Source: a virus
IMG/VR virus record: IMGVR_UViG_3300038393_000351
Coordinates: 32,001-96,000 of that record
Reading direction: 5' to 3' (one strand)
DNA: 64,000 nucleotides
The notes beneath the pieces are model-generated. The model was not told the origin of the DNA and did no database searches. It saw only the letters and a list, made by a program, of their open reading frames with translations. A program made the position numbers and the translations under genes. Below, in pieces: positions 1 to 9,349 of the stretch (its first letter is position 1; each line of letters opens with the position of its first letter).

Positions 1-1
1 C

Positions 2-1276
2 GGTGATGAACGATGAGTGATCGTTGCAGTGATCGACGTTCATCAGATAGATTCGACCGGTGTCCTTTCTCTCCTGAACGAAAGCTGAGAACAGATCGAG
101 AGCTTTGATAGTCTTCTTTCGAATCTTCTTGTTGCTCTCGGCTTTTACGTAGAGTTCCTCGAACTTCGCTTGGTCTTGAAAGAAAGCATCATAAAGACCA
201 GGAACGTCACTGGGCGAAAATAGAGTAATGTTGCCTCCAGCAAGAAGCCTCTCGTAGAAGAGCTTCGAAAATTGGACTCCATAGTCCAAGCCTCGAGCAC
301 GTGTGTCTTCAGTGCCTTTATTGTTTTTGAGAACAAGGAGATCCTCTACTTCCAGATGCCAGATAGGATAGTAAAGAGTCGCCGCACCGCCCCGTACACC
401 TCCCTGGCTGCACGACTTAACAGCAGCCTGAAAAAGTTTATAGAATGGAATAACACCAGTATGCAGAGTGTCACCGTTGCGAATAGAGCTACCAAGAGCA
501 CGTATCCGACCAGCGCCAATACCGATTCCGGCCCTTTGACTGACGTACTTAACGATTGAAGAGACTGCGGCATTGATTGAGTCGAGGGAATCTCCGGACT
601 CGATAACGACACATGAAGAGAACTGTCTCTGCGGCGTTCGAACTCCTGCCATGATGGGGGTAGGGAGGGAGATTTCGTGGGTTGAGATTGCATCGTAGTA
701 CTCCTTTACCCAGTACATTCTCTTCTCCTTAGGATACCCGGAGAAGAGTGTAGCCGCGATCATCATATAGACGATCTGCGGAGTTTCATAGTATTTATTC
801 ACTTTCTTGTCGCGAACGAGGTACTTTCCTCGAAACTGCTCCATGGCGGCGTATGTCAGATCGAGATCTCGATCGTGCTTGATGTACGACCCGAGCTCGG
901 TCAGCTCCTCTTCGGTGTACTGATTGAGAATATCAGAATCGTAGAATCCAGCTTCCACCACGCGCTTGACGTGGGGAGCGAACGCGGTCGGATTCGCTTC
1001 ACCGTACACAGTCTTTCTCAAGTGATAGTTGATCAACCTTCCGGCGACGTACTGATAGTTGGGATGATCCTCTGAGATCAACTCAGACGCCGCTTTGATC
1101 AGCGTCTCCTGAATGTCGGATGTCTTGATCTTATCGTAGAACGATAAGTTAGATCGAATCTCAACTTCAGACGAGGAGACTCCAGTTAAGTCCTGACACG
1201 CCCACGTAGTGACTCGGTGCAGTTTATTTAGATCAAGTGGTTCCTTAGTCCCATTTCTCTTGGTAACAGTAATCAA
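2..1276 (-). CDS. nrdA: Ribonucleotide reductase class Ia alpha subunit, 5' part (runs off window start)
   Basis: Manual translation from TTG at 1276 (AAGGAAG upstream) gives MITVTKRNGTKEPLDLNKLHRVTTWAC, an ATP cone. The same frame reads NDHSSFIT at the window edge. Absent from the ORF track, consistent with no stop inside the window. Confidence 0.93.
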   Translation of the reverse strand, partial: MITVTKRNGTKEPLDLNKLHRVTTWACQDLTGVSSSEVEIRSNLSFYDKIKTSDIQETLIKAASELISEDHPNYQYVAGRLINYHLRKTVYGEANPTAFAPHVKRVVEAGFYDSDILNQYTEEELTELGSYIKHDRDLDLTYAAMEQFRGKYLVRDKKVNKYYETPQIVYMMIAATLFSGYPKEKRMYWVKEYYDAISTHEISLPTPIMAGVRTPQRQFSSCVVIESGDSLDSINAAVSSIVKYVSQRAGIGIGAGRIRALGSSIRNGDTLHTGVIPFYKLFQAAVKSCSQGGVRGGAATLYYPIWHLEVEDLLVLKNNKGTEDTRARGLDYGVQFSKLFYERLLAGGNITLFSPSDVPGLYDAFFQDQAKFEELYVKAESNKKIRKKTIKALDLFSAFVQERKDTGRIYLMNVDHCNDHSSFIT

Positions 1277-1298
1277 CTATAGCTTCCTTTTCTTATTC

Positions 1299-1583
1299 TT
1301 AATTCTGAGGAGGGATGCAGTCCGTCGATCGAGGACAACCATCGACTCCGTATTTTTCTAGAGCAGCGACTGCAACGGCCGCTACTTGAACCAATTCATT
1401 TAACGGTGCGCTCTTTCCAGGAAGATTCTTGATCCATCCCATGATCGCTTCGTTAAGCTCAGCCTGAGCAACGAGAAGAAGCCCAGGAAGAGACTGAGGC
1501 TGGTCTTTACCCCATTTAGCATCTTGATAGTCGCGCTCGCGATCAATCGCTGCGTAGACTTCGCTTCTTTCTAAAGTGTACAT
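1299..1583 (-). CDS. Small all-alpha protein, possibly MazG-like NTP pyrophosphohydrolase fold
   Basis: ERDYQDAKWG...ELNEA...ELVQVAAVAVAALE pattern; GGAGA SD before ATG 1583. Confidence 0.45.
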   Translation of the reverse strand: MYTLERSEVYAAIDRERDYQDAKWGKDQPQSLPGLLLVAQAELNEAIMGWIKNLPGKSAPLNELVQVAAVAVAALEKYGVDGCPRSTDCIPPQN

Positions 1584-1678
1584 ATAGAATTCTCCCAATC
1601 GCATACATAATATAAAGTGCAACTATAATCGCAGCTGCGATCTGATGTTCTTGAGCTGTGATACCATTACTAAGCTGT

Positions 1679-2419
1679 TCAATTGGATACAATGTATTCT
1701 CCTTCATACTGTGCAACGGCCTGATCAACGATGTTGAAGGTGACCGGATTTCTCAGATCAAGATAAATCATCAGAGAGATTCGCGGTGTGTCTTCTGAAT
1801 CGTTGAAAACGTTGTGATAGTGGATTGAATTGAAGAGATTCACCGTTCCACTGTGATAGCTCTGAGTGTAGATCTTCATCGTCTCATTCTGATGATCCTT
1901 CAGACGGAAGTCTTGAATCGGAATCACTGAGTATCGAAAATCAATCGGTGAAACAATGGGAACGTGGACTACGATCATCCATGGACGAAACTTCTCAACA
2001 CCGGCTACGTCGAACTGATGTGAGTGCCAAGTCAGACTCGACTTGGGCTGAACGATCATGATCCTAGCACGCGTCCCGATGTTTTTCTTCCGATCGTAGC
2101 CGCCGAGCTCCTCGACTATCGACGTCAAGTACGGTGCTTTATCAACGATCTGAGTCGGGATGCACGTCAATGCGTGGTCTGATGGATTCTCAGTCAAGTC
2201 AAAGTGAAGTGATCCATCAGGAGAGAAGAGAGACACACCTTGCCAAGCTTTGGCGATCTTCGTGGCGATCCTAGGTGTTGTCGTTCTATACGGCTGAATG
2301 ACTAGTGGATCCGATGCGATCCTCCCATATTCATCTATCATCTTGAATACGTCGTATCGAAGACCGAGATCAAGGTGTGGAATCCACGTGATCTCATTGA
2401 CGAGTCTATCGATATTCAA
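1679..2419 (-). CDS. 2OG-Fe(II) oxygenase, Asp/Asn beta-hydroxylase-like
   Basis: RARIMIVQPKSSLTWHSH...FNSIHYHNVFN...PRISLMI jelly-roll metal-binding motifs. Confidence 0.65.
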   Translation of the reverse strand: MNIDRLVNEITWIPHLDLGLRYDVFKMIDEYGRIASDPLVIQPYRTTTPRIATKIAKAWQGVSLFSPDGSLHFDLTENPSDHALTCIPTQIVDKAPYLTSIVEELGGYDRKKNIGTRARIMIVQPKSSLTWHSHQFDVAGVEKFRPWMIVVHVPIVSPIDFRYSVIPIQDFRLKDHQNETMKIYTQSYHSGTVNLFNSIHYHNVFNDSEDTPRISLMIYLDLRNPVTFNIVDQAVAQYEGEYIVSN

Positions 2420-3302
2420 GATTCTCTCCGTCTAGCGTTTTACGGTATTGGATCCACCCATCAAAGTTGCCGTGAAGATGTGGATTCGCCCATCCTTCGT
2501 ATCGATCATTTGCAGTACACCAGATGTGTTGATCAGGAGTCGCTTGGTGCTCTGCAGGTGAAGCGTGGATGGGATGTTTGGATAGTAACTTCTTATTTAG
2601 CTCGAGAGCGCGATCGGGTGTCATGATTTTTCCATCAACAGTTTTATATGATACCGATGCTGAGCGAGCGATAGAGAGTGCGATCTGTTCATCGTGATTG
2701 AACCCCAGCTTCTCCTCGTCAGTAACCCATGGGAGGTGCCATTCTCCAGGTTCAAGAATTTGAGGAATCGATTCATCACGAAGTCGCTTCATCTCAACAG
2801 CAAGGTGATAGATCTCATCTTGAGGAACCGGCATCCCATCTTCATTGAGCTCAGTCCTCAGAGCGAAGAAGTTGTTCCACTCAGTCGATGTCACTTGAAC
2901 GTTGATGTAACCGAACCACTCCAGCATTCGGTTAGCCCACTGCTTGTGTACGTTCAGTTTAGCCAACTGAAAAGCTGCTTCAGTGCACGTTTCCGCGGCA
3001 AACTTCCATACTTCTTCAGCTTCAATCTGATCTTCGGGAGAGAGCCAATCACCTGGCTGCATGCCGGGTTTGTTCTGACGAAACCTGGGAATGAACATAT
3101 CATCCGACGACCAAGACAACATCTTTTCAACGGGAATAGCCCTAGACGAAGACGCGTTCCTGGAGAACACTCTGTGTGTCATGAACTCCGCGTGGATAGC
3201 CCGCCAATAACGGAGCCTATAAGTCGTGATTCGTTTATATGGTTCTATAGATGAAATTGAATCTAGAATAATCTCTACAATATAATTCAAGCGTAGCTCC
3301 AA
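2406..3302 (-). CDS. thyX: FAD-dependent thymidylate synthase, phage ThyX type
   Basis: AIHAEFMTHRVFSRNASSSRAIP signature; HKQWANRMLE; HASPAEHQA. Confidence 0.85.
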   Translation of the reverse strand: MELRLNYIVEIILDSISSIEPYKRITTYRLRYWRAIHAEFMTHRVFSRNASSSRAIPVEKMLSWSSDDMFIPRFRQNKPGMQPGDWLSPEDQIEAEEVWKFAAETCTEAAFQLAKLNVHKQWANRMLEWFGYINVQVTSTEWNNFFALRTELNEDGMPVPQDEIYHLAVEMKRLRDESIPQILEPGEWHLPWVTDEEKLGFNHDEQIALSIARSASVSYKTVDGKIMTPDRALELNKKLLSKHPIHASPAEHQATPDQHIWCTANDRYEGWANPHLHGNFDGWIQYRKTLDGENLEYR

Positions 3303-4348
3303 TGCGCGATCTCACTCTCAGCGGCGAGACCTCGATAAGTGTTTGCTTTAATGATTTCAAGGATTATATCAGGGTCGACGCCGTTTTTAACCATGTCATT
3401 GACGTCTTTTTCTTTAGAGCTTCTCGGCCAGACGACTACTCCATATCCTGCCGACACAGCTTTGAGAAGCTTGTGCTTAGTGTCAGCTGATCTCGGCTCA
3501 TTGTCGAAGACGACGACCGTTCTTTTAGGATCATAATCCTTAAGGGTCGTGTAGTCTCCTCCCGCGAACGCAATACCATTAGGGATGAACATGGCGTCGA
3601 GCGGTCCCTCGAATGCGTAGACGGTACCATCGGAAATACGATCTGCACCCCATATCTTTGGGCTGTCTTCTTCAATTTTGATAGTGATGTACTTAACGCT
3701 TGATCTTTCTCTGTAGTCCCGTCCTTGAAAGGCAATGAGTTTACCTCCTTGATTATAGAACGGAATGATGAGCCTAGAGTGATCAGTTCTCGGTGTGCAG
3801 AGTTCATCTTTGAATGTTCCCGGAACGACGGTGTTCGTCCACGTATAGAAACACGGACAGTGATAGAGGAGTGTGAGATCCGGCAGACAACGCTTCTCGC
3901 AGAACTTACGTGCGTAGTGAGTTTCAGGAAGCGTGTCTATGCGCTTGAGAAATCGGAGAGGATCGTCGCTGTCGCATGCGGCGGATGCGCTCGGTCCCTT
4001 ATCATTGAACTGCGGTCCGCCCGTCTTGAATGAAGTCCCGGGTTCCCGGGTCCGTTTCCTCATCCATAGACCAGCGACGATCCTCTCCTTCTGGTACTCA
4101 TCGTATAGAACGGGATCAACCCGCTTAAAGAACGATGAGAATTGCATCGACCCACACACGTTGTGGCACGTGTAGATCGTAGAACCCTTCTTCTCAGTTA
4201 TGTATCCGCGCGCTTTTCTCTTGTTCTTCTTTGAATCACCGCAGATCGGGCAGGAGAAGTTGAACGTTCTATCATTTATCCTACGGTAGTTTCGAAACTT
4301 TCCCGTCAGGATATTTAGGTATTTTTGCTCCAGCCAATTCATCTTCAT
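3287..4348 (-). CDS. 61: DNA primase (T4 gp61-like)
   Basis: CPICGDS...CHNVC zinc finger; FQGR; EGPLDAMF and FDNEPR TOPRIM motifs; KDVNDM. Confidence 0.95.
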   Translation of the reverse strand: MKMNWLEQKYLNILTGKFRNYRRINDRTFNFSCPICGDSKKNKRKARGYITEKKGSTIYTCHNVCGSMQFSSFFKRVDPVLYDEYQKERIVAGLWMRKRTREPGTSFKTGGPQFNDKGPSASAACDSDDPLRFLKRIDTLPETHYARKFCEKRCLPDLTLLYHCPCFYTWTNTVVPGTFKDELCTPRTDHSRLIIPFYNQGGKLIAFQGRDYRERSSVKYITIKIEEDSPKIWGADRISDGTVYAFEGPLDAMFIPNGIAFAGGDYTTLKDYDPKRTVVVFDNEPRSADTKHKLLKAVSAGYGVVVWPRSSKEKDVNDMVKNGVDPDIILEIIKANTYRGLAAESEIAHWSYA

Positions 4349-4595
4349 AACTCTTCACGTAGTCTACAACGAGTTCACCGAGCTGATCGATCTTCTCGAT
4401 GATGAACTCAGCGTGGTCCTTCAGCGGACCCTGAACGTACGATGGGAGGTTGTGGTGTTCGAAGTAGTAACCCCGCTTGTCCCAATCGCCCTGAAAATTC
4501 TTGTTGTCGATCAGGAGATTCTTAACACACTTCGACAGTGCTTTGAACTCACGTCTCATGAGTTCATCCGGCTCCATGGGCTTTCTCTCTTTCAT
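4281..4595 (-). CDS. Hypothetical protein
   Basis: ORF in operon context; ATGA coupling to an upstream small ORF; 3' end overlaps the primase start. Confidence 0.55.
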   Translation of the reverse strand: MKERKPMEPDELMRREFKALSKCVKNLLIDNKNFQGDWDKRGYYFEHHNLPSYVQGPLKDHAEFIIEKIDQLGELVVDYVKSYEDELAGAKIPKYPDGKVSKLP

Positions 4596-4678
4596 TCGAC
4601 CCATCCCATGACGATCATCACGCCGAGAGCAGCCATGCATACACCGATCACGATCAGGGGAATGATCTGGATCATCAT
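4592..4678 (-). CDS. 28-aa membrane micro-protein
   Basis: Manual translation MMIQIIPLIVIGVCMAALGVMIVMGWVE; GAGGA SD; fills the gap between coupled ORFs. Confidence 0.45.
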   Translation of the reverse strand: MMIQIIPLIVIGVCMAALGVMIVMGWVE

Positions 4679-4923
4679 GGTTTATTCCTCACGTACATGC
4701 TCCCGTCCCATTGAAACTGGTGAGTTGGAACACCCTTCTCAAACTCACCATCATCCCACATTATATCATAGACGGTGAGAAAATAAACCGATGAGAAGGG
4801 ATTCTCCTTGGCGGGGCGAGTCTCCTTGATCTCGCCCCAGCGCTCCCTGCCTTCCCTGTAGTCGATGACGAACACAGTTGGCCACGCGACCACACCCCAG
4901 AGTTTCTTAAAGAAAGTGATCAT
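4675..4923 (-). CDS. Hypothetical protein
   Basis: GAGGAG SD before ATG 4923 (MITFFKKLWG...). Confidence 0.6.
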   Translation of the reverse strand: MITFFKKLWGVVAWPTVFVIDYREGRERWGEIKETRPAKENPFSSVYFLTVYDIMWDDGEFEKGVPTHQFQWDGSMYVRNKP

Positions 4924-4934
4924 CGGTGAGCTCC

Positions 4935-5036
4935 TCAGGTTAAGTCGCACTTGGTGCACGCCCAGTGTCCGTCTCTCCAGTCGATGCGCTCGCCACCGCA
5001 CTTTGGGCAGAGATACCCAAAGGAGACGATGCTCAT
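4935..5036 (-). CDS. 33-aa zinc-ribbon micro-protein
   Basis: Manual translation MSIVSFGYLCPKCGGERIDWRDGHWACTKCDLT with two CxxC motifs. Confidence 0.55.
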   Translation of the reverse strand: MSIVSFGYLCPKCGGERIDWRDGHWACTKCDLT

Positions 5037-5053
5037 GATCCAGTAGAAGAACC

Positions 5054-5308
5054 TCACGCCGCTCTCCTAAACGAGACTACGTTGGTGTGCTCAGTCAGAA
5101 GCGATGCTTCGGTACCGCCGGTCGGAGGAGTGTTCTTCGGATCTTCCTTCTTCGGTCTCTCGAAGATGAAGGCGAATCCCATTCCGGGTTTATCTGACGG
5201 TACAACGTGGTACAGAGTCCATCCCGGATTGTTCGTCGTGAACTTATTGACTGCGTCGGTACCGGAGATACCGTGATCAGCCATGATGATCTTATAGTCT
5301 TTTGACAT
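5054..5308 (-). CDS. Small protein, DUF4177-like
   Basis: YKII...GWTLYHVV...FIFERPK pattern. Confidence 0.5.
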   Translation of the reverse strand: MSKDYKIIMADHGISGTDAVNKFTTNNPGWTLYHVVPSDKPGMGFAFIFERPKKEDPKNTPPTGGTEASLLTEHTNVVSFRRAA

Positions 5309-5460
5309 CAGTGAACGACCCTCTTCCGCCTCATAACGATGATCATCGAACTATCGGAAGCCGCAAGGCTAACGAACTCATAACCCTCGTCTACCAAGGA
5401 GTTGATTCTGTCTTCCAAGTAACCAGTGTGAGTGTCTCGAATTACTCGATAATCATACAT
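5308..5460 (-). CDS. 50-aa protein, DUF4177/DUF1737-like
   Basis: Manual translation MYDYRVIRDTHTGYLEDRINSLVDEGYEFVSLAASDSSMIIVMRRKRVVH; GGAGAG SD; stop overlaps the next start. Confidence 0.6.
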   Translation of the reverse strand: MYDYRVIRDTHTGYLEDRINSLVDEGYEFVSLAASDSSMIIVMRRKRVVH

Positions 5461-5618
5461 CGTTTTCTCTCCAAGGAATTTATGTTCTTGAAAATACTGT
5501 TCAGATGCACCAATGTAAACTTATTTCACACCATGTTTTTGGTAGTGTTACCACTGAACGGGATGGACTCAGCGAGAATCTATCGTTCCCGAACCGTTTT
5601 GTAAAGGATTTGGTACCT

Positions 5619-5828
5619 TTATTGTTTGCTTATTGTTATATTATCTAATGGGATAATCGGATTGATCATCTGATAGTTTCCTTTGCAAGCCGGGTAATCG
5701 ACTTCCGTAGCAAGAGATGACGACTTAGGTCTATTCACATACGTCGATGTTACGGTGAAGCTAATGAAGAGGATGCCGAGGATGATTGTCAAGTCCCTGA
5801 GGACGCCGATGATCTTTTCATGCAACAT
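5619..5828 (-). CDS. Small membrane protein
   Basis: N-terminal hydrophobic helix; abuts the previous gene. Confidence 0.5.
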   Translation of the reverse strand: MLHEKIIGVLRDLTIILGILFISFTVTSTYVNRPKSSSLATEVDYPACKGNYQMINPIIPLDNITISKQ

Positions 5829-6059
5829 TTACGATGCTCCTAGTTTTACGAAAAAACCCTTGAATTTATCATAGTAAGTAAAGACAAATCCAGCTAGAGA
5901 TCCGAGTGCGATAAGAGCGGCTCCTCCGCCCTTCCATCTGTCAGCCATTTTTGAGACTTTCTCGCTCTTCTTCTCCAGCTCTTCGACCTTCTCTTCTAAT
6001 AGATCGTACTTGAGTTGAAGAACAGCGAGTTGAACTGCTACTTCACTGTTTGCCGCCAT
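5829..6059 (-). CDS. Coiled-coil plus C-terminal TM protein (holin-like candidate)
   Basis: Heptad coiled coil then GGGAALIALGSLAGFVFTYY; lies in a late transcript. Confidence 0.45.
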   Translation of the reverse strand: MAANSEVAVQLAVLQLKYDLLEEKVEELEKKSEKVSKMADRWKGGGAALIALGSLAGFVFTYYDKFKGFFVKLGAS

Positions 6060-6465
6060 CGGTTTTCCCCACCCTTCGAATAACGTCGTTGATGATTTTC
6101 TTCTTTCTAGTCTTTAAGAGTGGGTCGTACGTGTTGATGGGACCAGAGGTAGAGCTCGATGCTCCCATGCTGTTCGTCGGCGCGTCTTCTTTGATGCTGT
6201 GATAGTGCTTCAAGTGCTTGTCTAAAGCTTTAGCGCTGATAAAGCGCTCCTTTGAATGTGAATGAGCAGCCACCGGTGTAGACGTAACTTCCATCCTTCC
6301 AGTCTCGGGACTGCGGCTTAGAGAATGAGTGCGTAGGTGGGTCTTGGCGCCTGAGCTGTGTGTGTATGTCTTATAATCGCTGGTAGTGTAGCCGTGCTTC
6401 TGGAGAGTGCGGTGCATCTCTTTAAACTCGTCTTTCTTACCAAAGAACTTCTCGCTGATCATCAT
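6043..6465 (-). CDS. His/Lys-rich putative internal head protein with a gp23-like segment
   Basis: EDAPTNSMGASSSTSGPINTYDPLL closely matches gp23 EAAPTNSMGSSSSTAGAGPIDTYDPII. Confidence 0.6.
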   Translation of the reverse strand: MMISEKFFGKKDEFKEMHRTLQKHGYTTSDYKTYTHSSGAKTHLRTHSLSRSPETGRMEVTSTPVAAHSHSKERFISAKALDKHLKHYHSIKEDAPTNSMGASSSTSGPINTYDPLLKTRKKKIINDVIRRVGKTDGGKQ

Positions 6466-6851
6466 ATCCCCCGAAGTTTTTCAACGATCACTGGATCCAT
6501 CTGAATTCCAGTCAGATCCAACACACCTTTTTTTCTTACGTCCTCGATTTCATCCGGCATAATATTCAGTAGAACCAAAAACGGCTTAATCATATTGAAT
6601 TGATTCTCCATCTTGAGATAGAGAATCCGCGCTAGGTACTCATATCCAAATACATTATTAAGAACTATCAGGTGATTGAGTATCAGTCTCTCCTTAAGCT
6701 CACCGGTTTCAACGTACCTAGTCAGCAGCTTCTTGATGTACTTAATTCGAGATAGATCTTCAAAAAATTCCGTATCTGTAGTGCACTGTGTGTTTAAGTA
6801 CTTCTTCGACGTAAAGAGTACGAAATTCTCATCATTTAAAACTTCATTCAT
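6462..6851 (-). CDS. Conserved T4-like phage protein of unknown function
   Basis: EFFEDLSRIKYIKKLLTRY...GELKERLILNHLIVLNNVFG, recognised from T4-like phages; ATG at 6851. Confidence 0.75.
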   Translation of the reverse strand: MNEVLNDENFVLFTSKKYLNTQCTTDTEFFEDLSRIKYIKKLLTRYVETGELKERLILNHLIVLNNVFGYEYLARILYLKMENQFNMIKPFLVLLNIMPDEIEDVRKKGVLDLTGIQMDPVIVEKLRGI

Positions 6852-6853
6852 TA

Positions 6854-7168
6854 TTAAAAGTCGCTTCCCAACACCCTCTTTACGTGATTGTTTGAAGTCG
6901 TATAGTATAGATACGTTCCATCCGACCAAATGACACCTGAATCAACGTTCAGTGCTGCTGAGTTAGCGGGTGTTCCCAGAGGGGAAACCACGCGAAGACT
7001 GACTAGATTAGCAGCAACGTTATCGGTGTTTAGAAACAGATCGGAGATGGCGATCGTAGCCGTGTTAGATGTGTCTGAAGCGGCGTTTGAAACGAACACA
7101 ACGCGATCAGACGCCTTTGCAGACGTCTTGATCGGTAGATTCCTAGTTGTCTTTTCCTCTCCAGCCAC
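6854..7168 (-). CDS. Putative virion structural protein
   Basis: Ser/Thr/Asn-rich; GTPANS...GVIWSDGTYLYY motif typical of fibre proteins. Confidence 0.55.
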   Translation of the reverse strand: MAGEEKTTRNLPIKTSAKASDRVVFVSNAASDTSNTATIAISDLFLNTDNVAANLVSLRVVSPLGTPANSAALNVDSGVIWSDGTYLYYTTSNNHVKRVLGSDF

Positions 7169-7178
7169 TTCTCAATCC

Positions 7179-7760
7179 TTAGACTGGGAAGACGGTCGTA
7201 TTAGTAGGTGTGTTGATTCCGCCGGCTACGAGAGTCTCATATGAAACTCGTCCCGCGCGTCCACCCAAGTTCACGGTGAATGCAGCGTTTGATCCAGCGG
7301 ATGCACCGGCCGTTGAGTTGGTGACAGTAACAGTTCCTGCACTGACGAATCCCTCACCTTGGCTCGTGATAGTGACCGATGTGATTCCACCAGTTGCGTT
7401 GGTGACGATCGTTCCAGCAGCGTTTACAGTTCCACCCGATACTTCGACCAAGTCAGTGTTGGAGTAGCCATCACCTCCCAGTGATATGTCGACTGAGGAT
7501 ACGCCGCCCGTTCCAGCCACACGTAGATTCCAACCAGTATGATTGACTTTCTTAGCTTCTCCACCAGTGTTCGCCAGGTGCTCCTCGGCAACACCAAATA
7601 CACCATCTGCTTGGTGAGTGATGAACGCTCCTGAAGTCGTGTTCTGATAGAGAGCGGTTGTATTAGCTACTTGTGCCGTTGGACCCGATCCAATCGAGAG
7701 GTTTTGTGCTCCGTACTTCGGCGAGTTGTTAGCCTGATCAATTGAGCCAAATAATGACAT
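7179..7760 (-). CDS. Putative virion structural/decoration protein
   Basis: Gly/Thr/Asn-rich; HTGWNLR and GRAGRVSYETLVA motifs; late promoter and AGGAG SD upstream. Confidence 0.7.
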   Translation of the reverse strand: MSLFGSIDQANNSPKYGAQNLSIGSGPTAQVANTTALYQNTTSGAFITHQADGVFGVAEEHLANTGGEAKKVNHTGWNLRVAGTGGVSSVDISLGGDGYSNTDLVEVSGGTVNAAGTIVTNATGGITSVTITSQGEGFVSAGTVTVTNSTAGASAGSNAAFTVNLGGRAGRVSYETLVAGGINTPTNTTVFPV

Positions 7761-7781
7761 TTGAAAGTTTCTCCTTTTTCT

Positions 7782-7787
7782 TATTTA
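7782..7787 (-). promoter_or_regulatory. T4-type late promoter (TAAATA)
   Basis: GATAAATAAG about 20 nt upstream of ATG 7760; gp55 is present in the window. Confidence 0.7.
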
Positions 7788-7798
7788 TCTAGCTGTGA

Positions 7799-9349
7799 TT
7801 ATGAGGCACTCGGACGGATGTTGTGCTCAGCTTCGTGTTGATCGGCTGAGTTGGCATGGCGCTCGGCATTATCTAGATGATAATCACCTCGATCGTCGGC
7901 TCCTAAGCGGAATGCTCTGGCTGCCTCTCGGTAAGAATCCGCTGCGCGTCCGTGAAGATGAGCAGCCATATCGTGCTTCTTAGCTAGGCCATAATTCTCA
8001 TCATTTTCATGATGAGCAGTCATCTCCTCGTGGTGTGCTTGCATAGATTCATGATGCTTGGCTATCTGAAGTGCATTAGTTCCGGCCTGAGCAAAAGCCT
8101 CACTAACGTCTTCTTTAGCAAAAACACGAGGACGATGACCGCCACCTAACTTATCGATGGCTAAATTCATTCCTTTCGTGCGATTCTTCTGTTTACGTTT
8201 CCACGCCGGAAGATCTTCATCGCTTGGATTTGTATAAAGCCTGTGTGCGTAATCGAGGTCTGCTTTGTCGAGATATCGATCGATCTTCTTAACTGAAGCT
8301 TCATTCACATCTATCTCTTCAGACATCTGCTTGAATTTCTTAGCACCATACTTCTTACGACCGATTGCAGCCGCTAAACCAGCTGGATTATAGACTCCCT
8401 TCTCATGAGAGAGCTTCTTCTCCAGCTTCTTAAAGCCGATGTGCTTTTCGTCGAGCACTTTCGCTGAAATTTCTTGAAGATCATACTGAACTAAAGCAAC
8501 AGTATCTTCAAACATGACAGTTAGTTCTGCAATGAACGATGTGTCGCTAGTCTTAGCTTCTAGAATCTGACCGATACCTAATTCATCATGCTCAACGATC
8601 CACTCATTTGAGTTAAACACCGAGATCGCCAGATCGTGTTCGAGCTGTAGAGCACGCCTCTCATTCGCTTGAACGATAGCGCGACCCGTCAATGAAGATA
8701 CATCACCTGTGAAGTAAGCGGTTTTCGCACGCTCGATGTTCTCGACGAGCTTCTTCTGCTCCTCAGAAACCGGCATCTCGCCCGGCTCCTCGTCTTTAAT
8801 CTTGGGTTTCAGGTTGATCTTAGTCTTCTCCGATCCATCGACTTCATCTTCTTTCTCTGAGTCCGACTTCTGATCCGAACCGTCTCCATCCTTCGACTTA
8901 TCGAGTTCATCATCGGAATCTTTAGAATCGTCGGAATCTTCGTCATCTGATTTCGAATCATCATCGCTCGAGTCGTCTGGAACTTCTTTCTCTTCAGCTC
9001 CATCGTCGTTCGAATCGTCTTTTACTGGAGAATCACTCTTCTTTTTTGGTTTGGAATCATTGCCGGATTCATCCGAATCATCTGATTTCTTTGAAGAAGC
9101 CTTATCGGAATCCCCATCGTCCGATTTTGAGTCATCCTTCTTCTTGTCCTTTGATGGAACTTTCTGCTCAGCTTTACTACCATCCAGAACTTTACCATCT
9201 CCATCACCGTCCTTGGTGTGAAGCTTAGTCACTTTCCCATCCTTAGTCTTAACGTCGATCTCGATGTCGTCGTCTTTCTTATCTTTCTTTTCAGGCTTCT
9301 TACCTTCAAGGATGAGCAGCGCTGCTTTTAATAGATCCAAATCGGGCAT
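7799..9349 (-). CDS. Large, highly charged putative prohead core/internal protein
   Basis: Asp/Lys/Ser low-complexity N-half; LQE/VNE/VSE gp21-like sites; His-rich C-terminus. Confidence 0.6.
   Translation of the reverse strand: MPDLDLLKAALLILEGKKPEKKDKKDDDIEIDVKTKDGKVTKLHTKDGDGDGKVLDGSKAEQKVPSKDKKKDDSKSDDGDSDKASSKKSDDSDESGNDSKPKKKSDSPVKDDSNDDGAEEKEVPDDSSDDDSKSDDEDSDDSKDSDDELDKSKDGDGSDQKSDSEKEDEVDGSEKTKINLKPKIKDEEPGEMPVSEEQKKLVENIERAKTAYFTGDVSSLTGRAIVQANERRALQLEHDLAISVFNSNEWIVEHDELGIGQILEAKTSDTSFIAELTVMFEDTVALVQYDLQEISAKVLDEKHIGFKKLEKKLSHEKGVYNPAGLAAAIGRKKYGAKKFKQMSEEIDVNEASVKKIDRYLDKADLDYAHRLYTNPSDEDLPAWKRKQKNRTKGMNLAIDKLGGGHRPRVFAKEDVSEAFAQAGTNALQIAKHHESMQAHHEEMTAHHENDENYGLAKKHDMAAHLHGRAADSYREAARAFRLGADDRGDYHLDNAERHANSADQHEAEHNIRPSAS

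Noticed and set aside
8780-9300. Asp/Ser/Lys-rich low-complexity stretch as a DNA repeat element
   Set aside because: No exact repeat unit; explained by a charged, disordered protein region.
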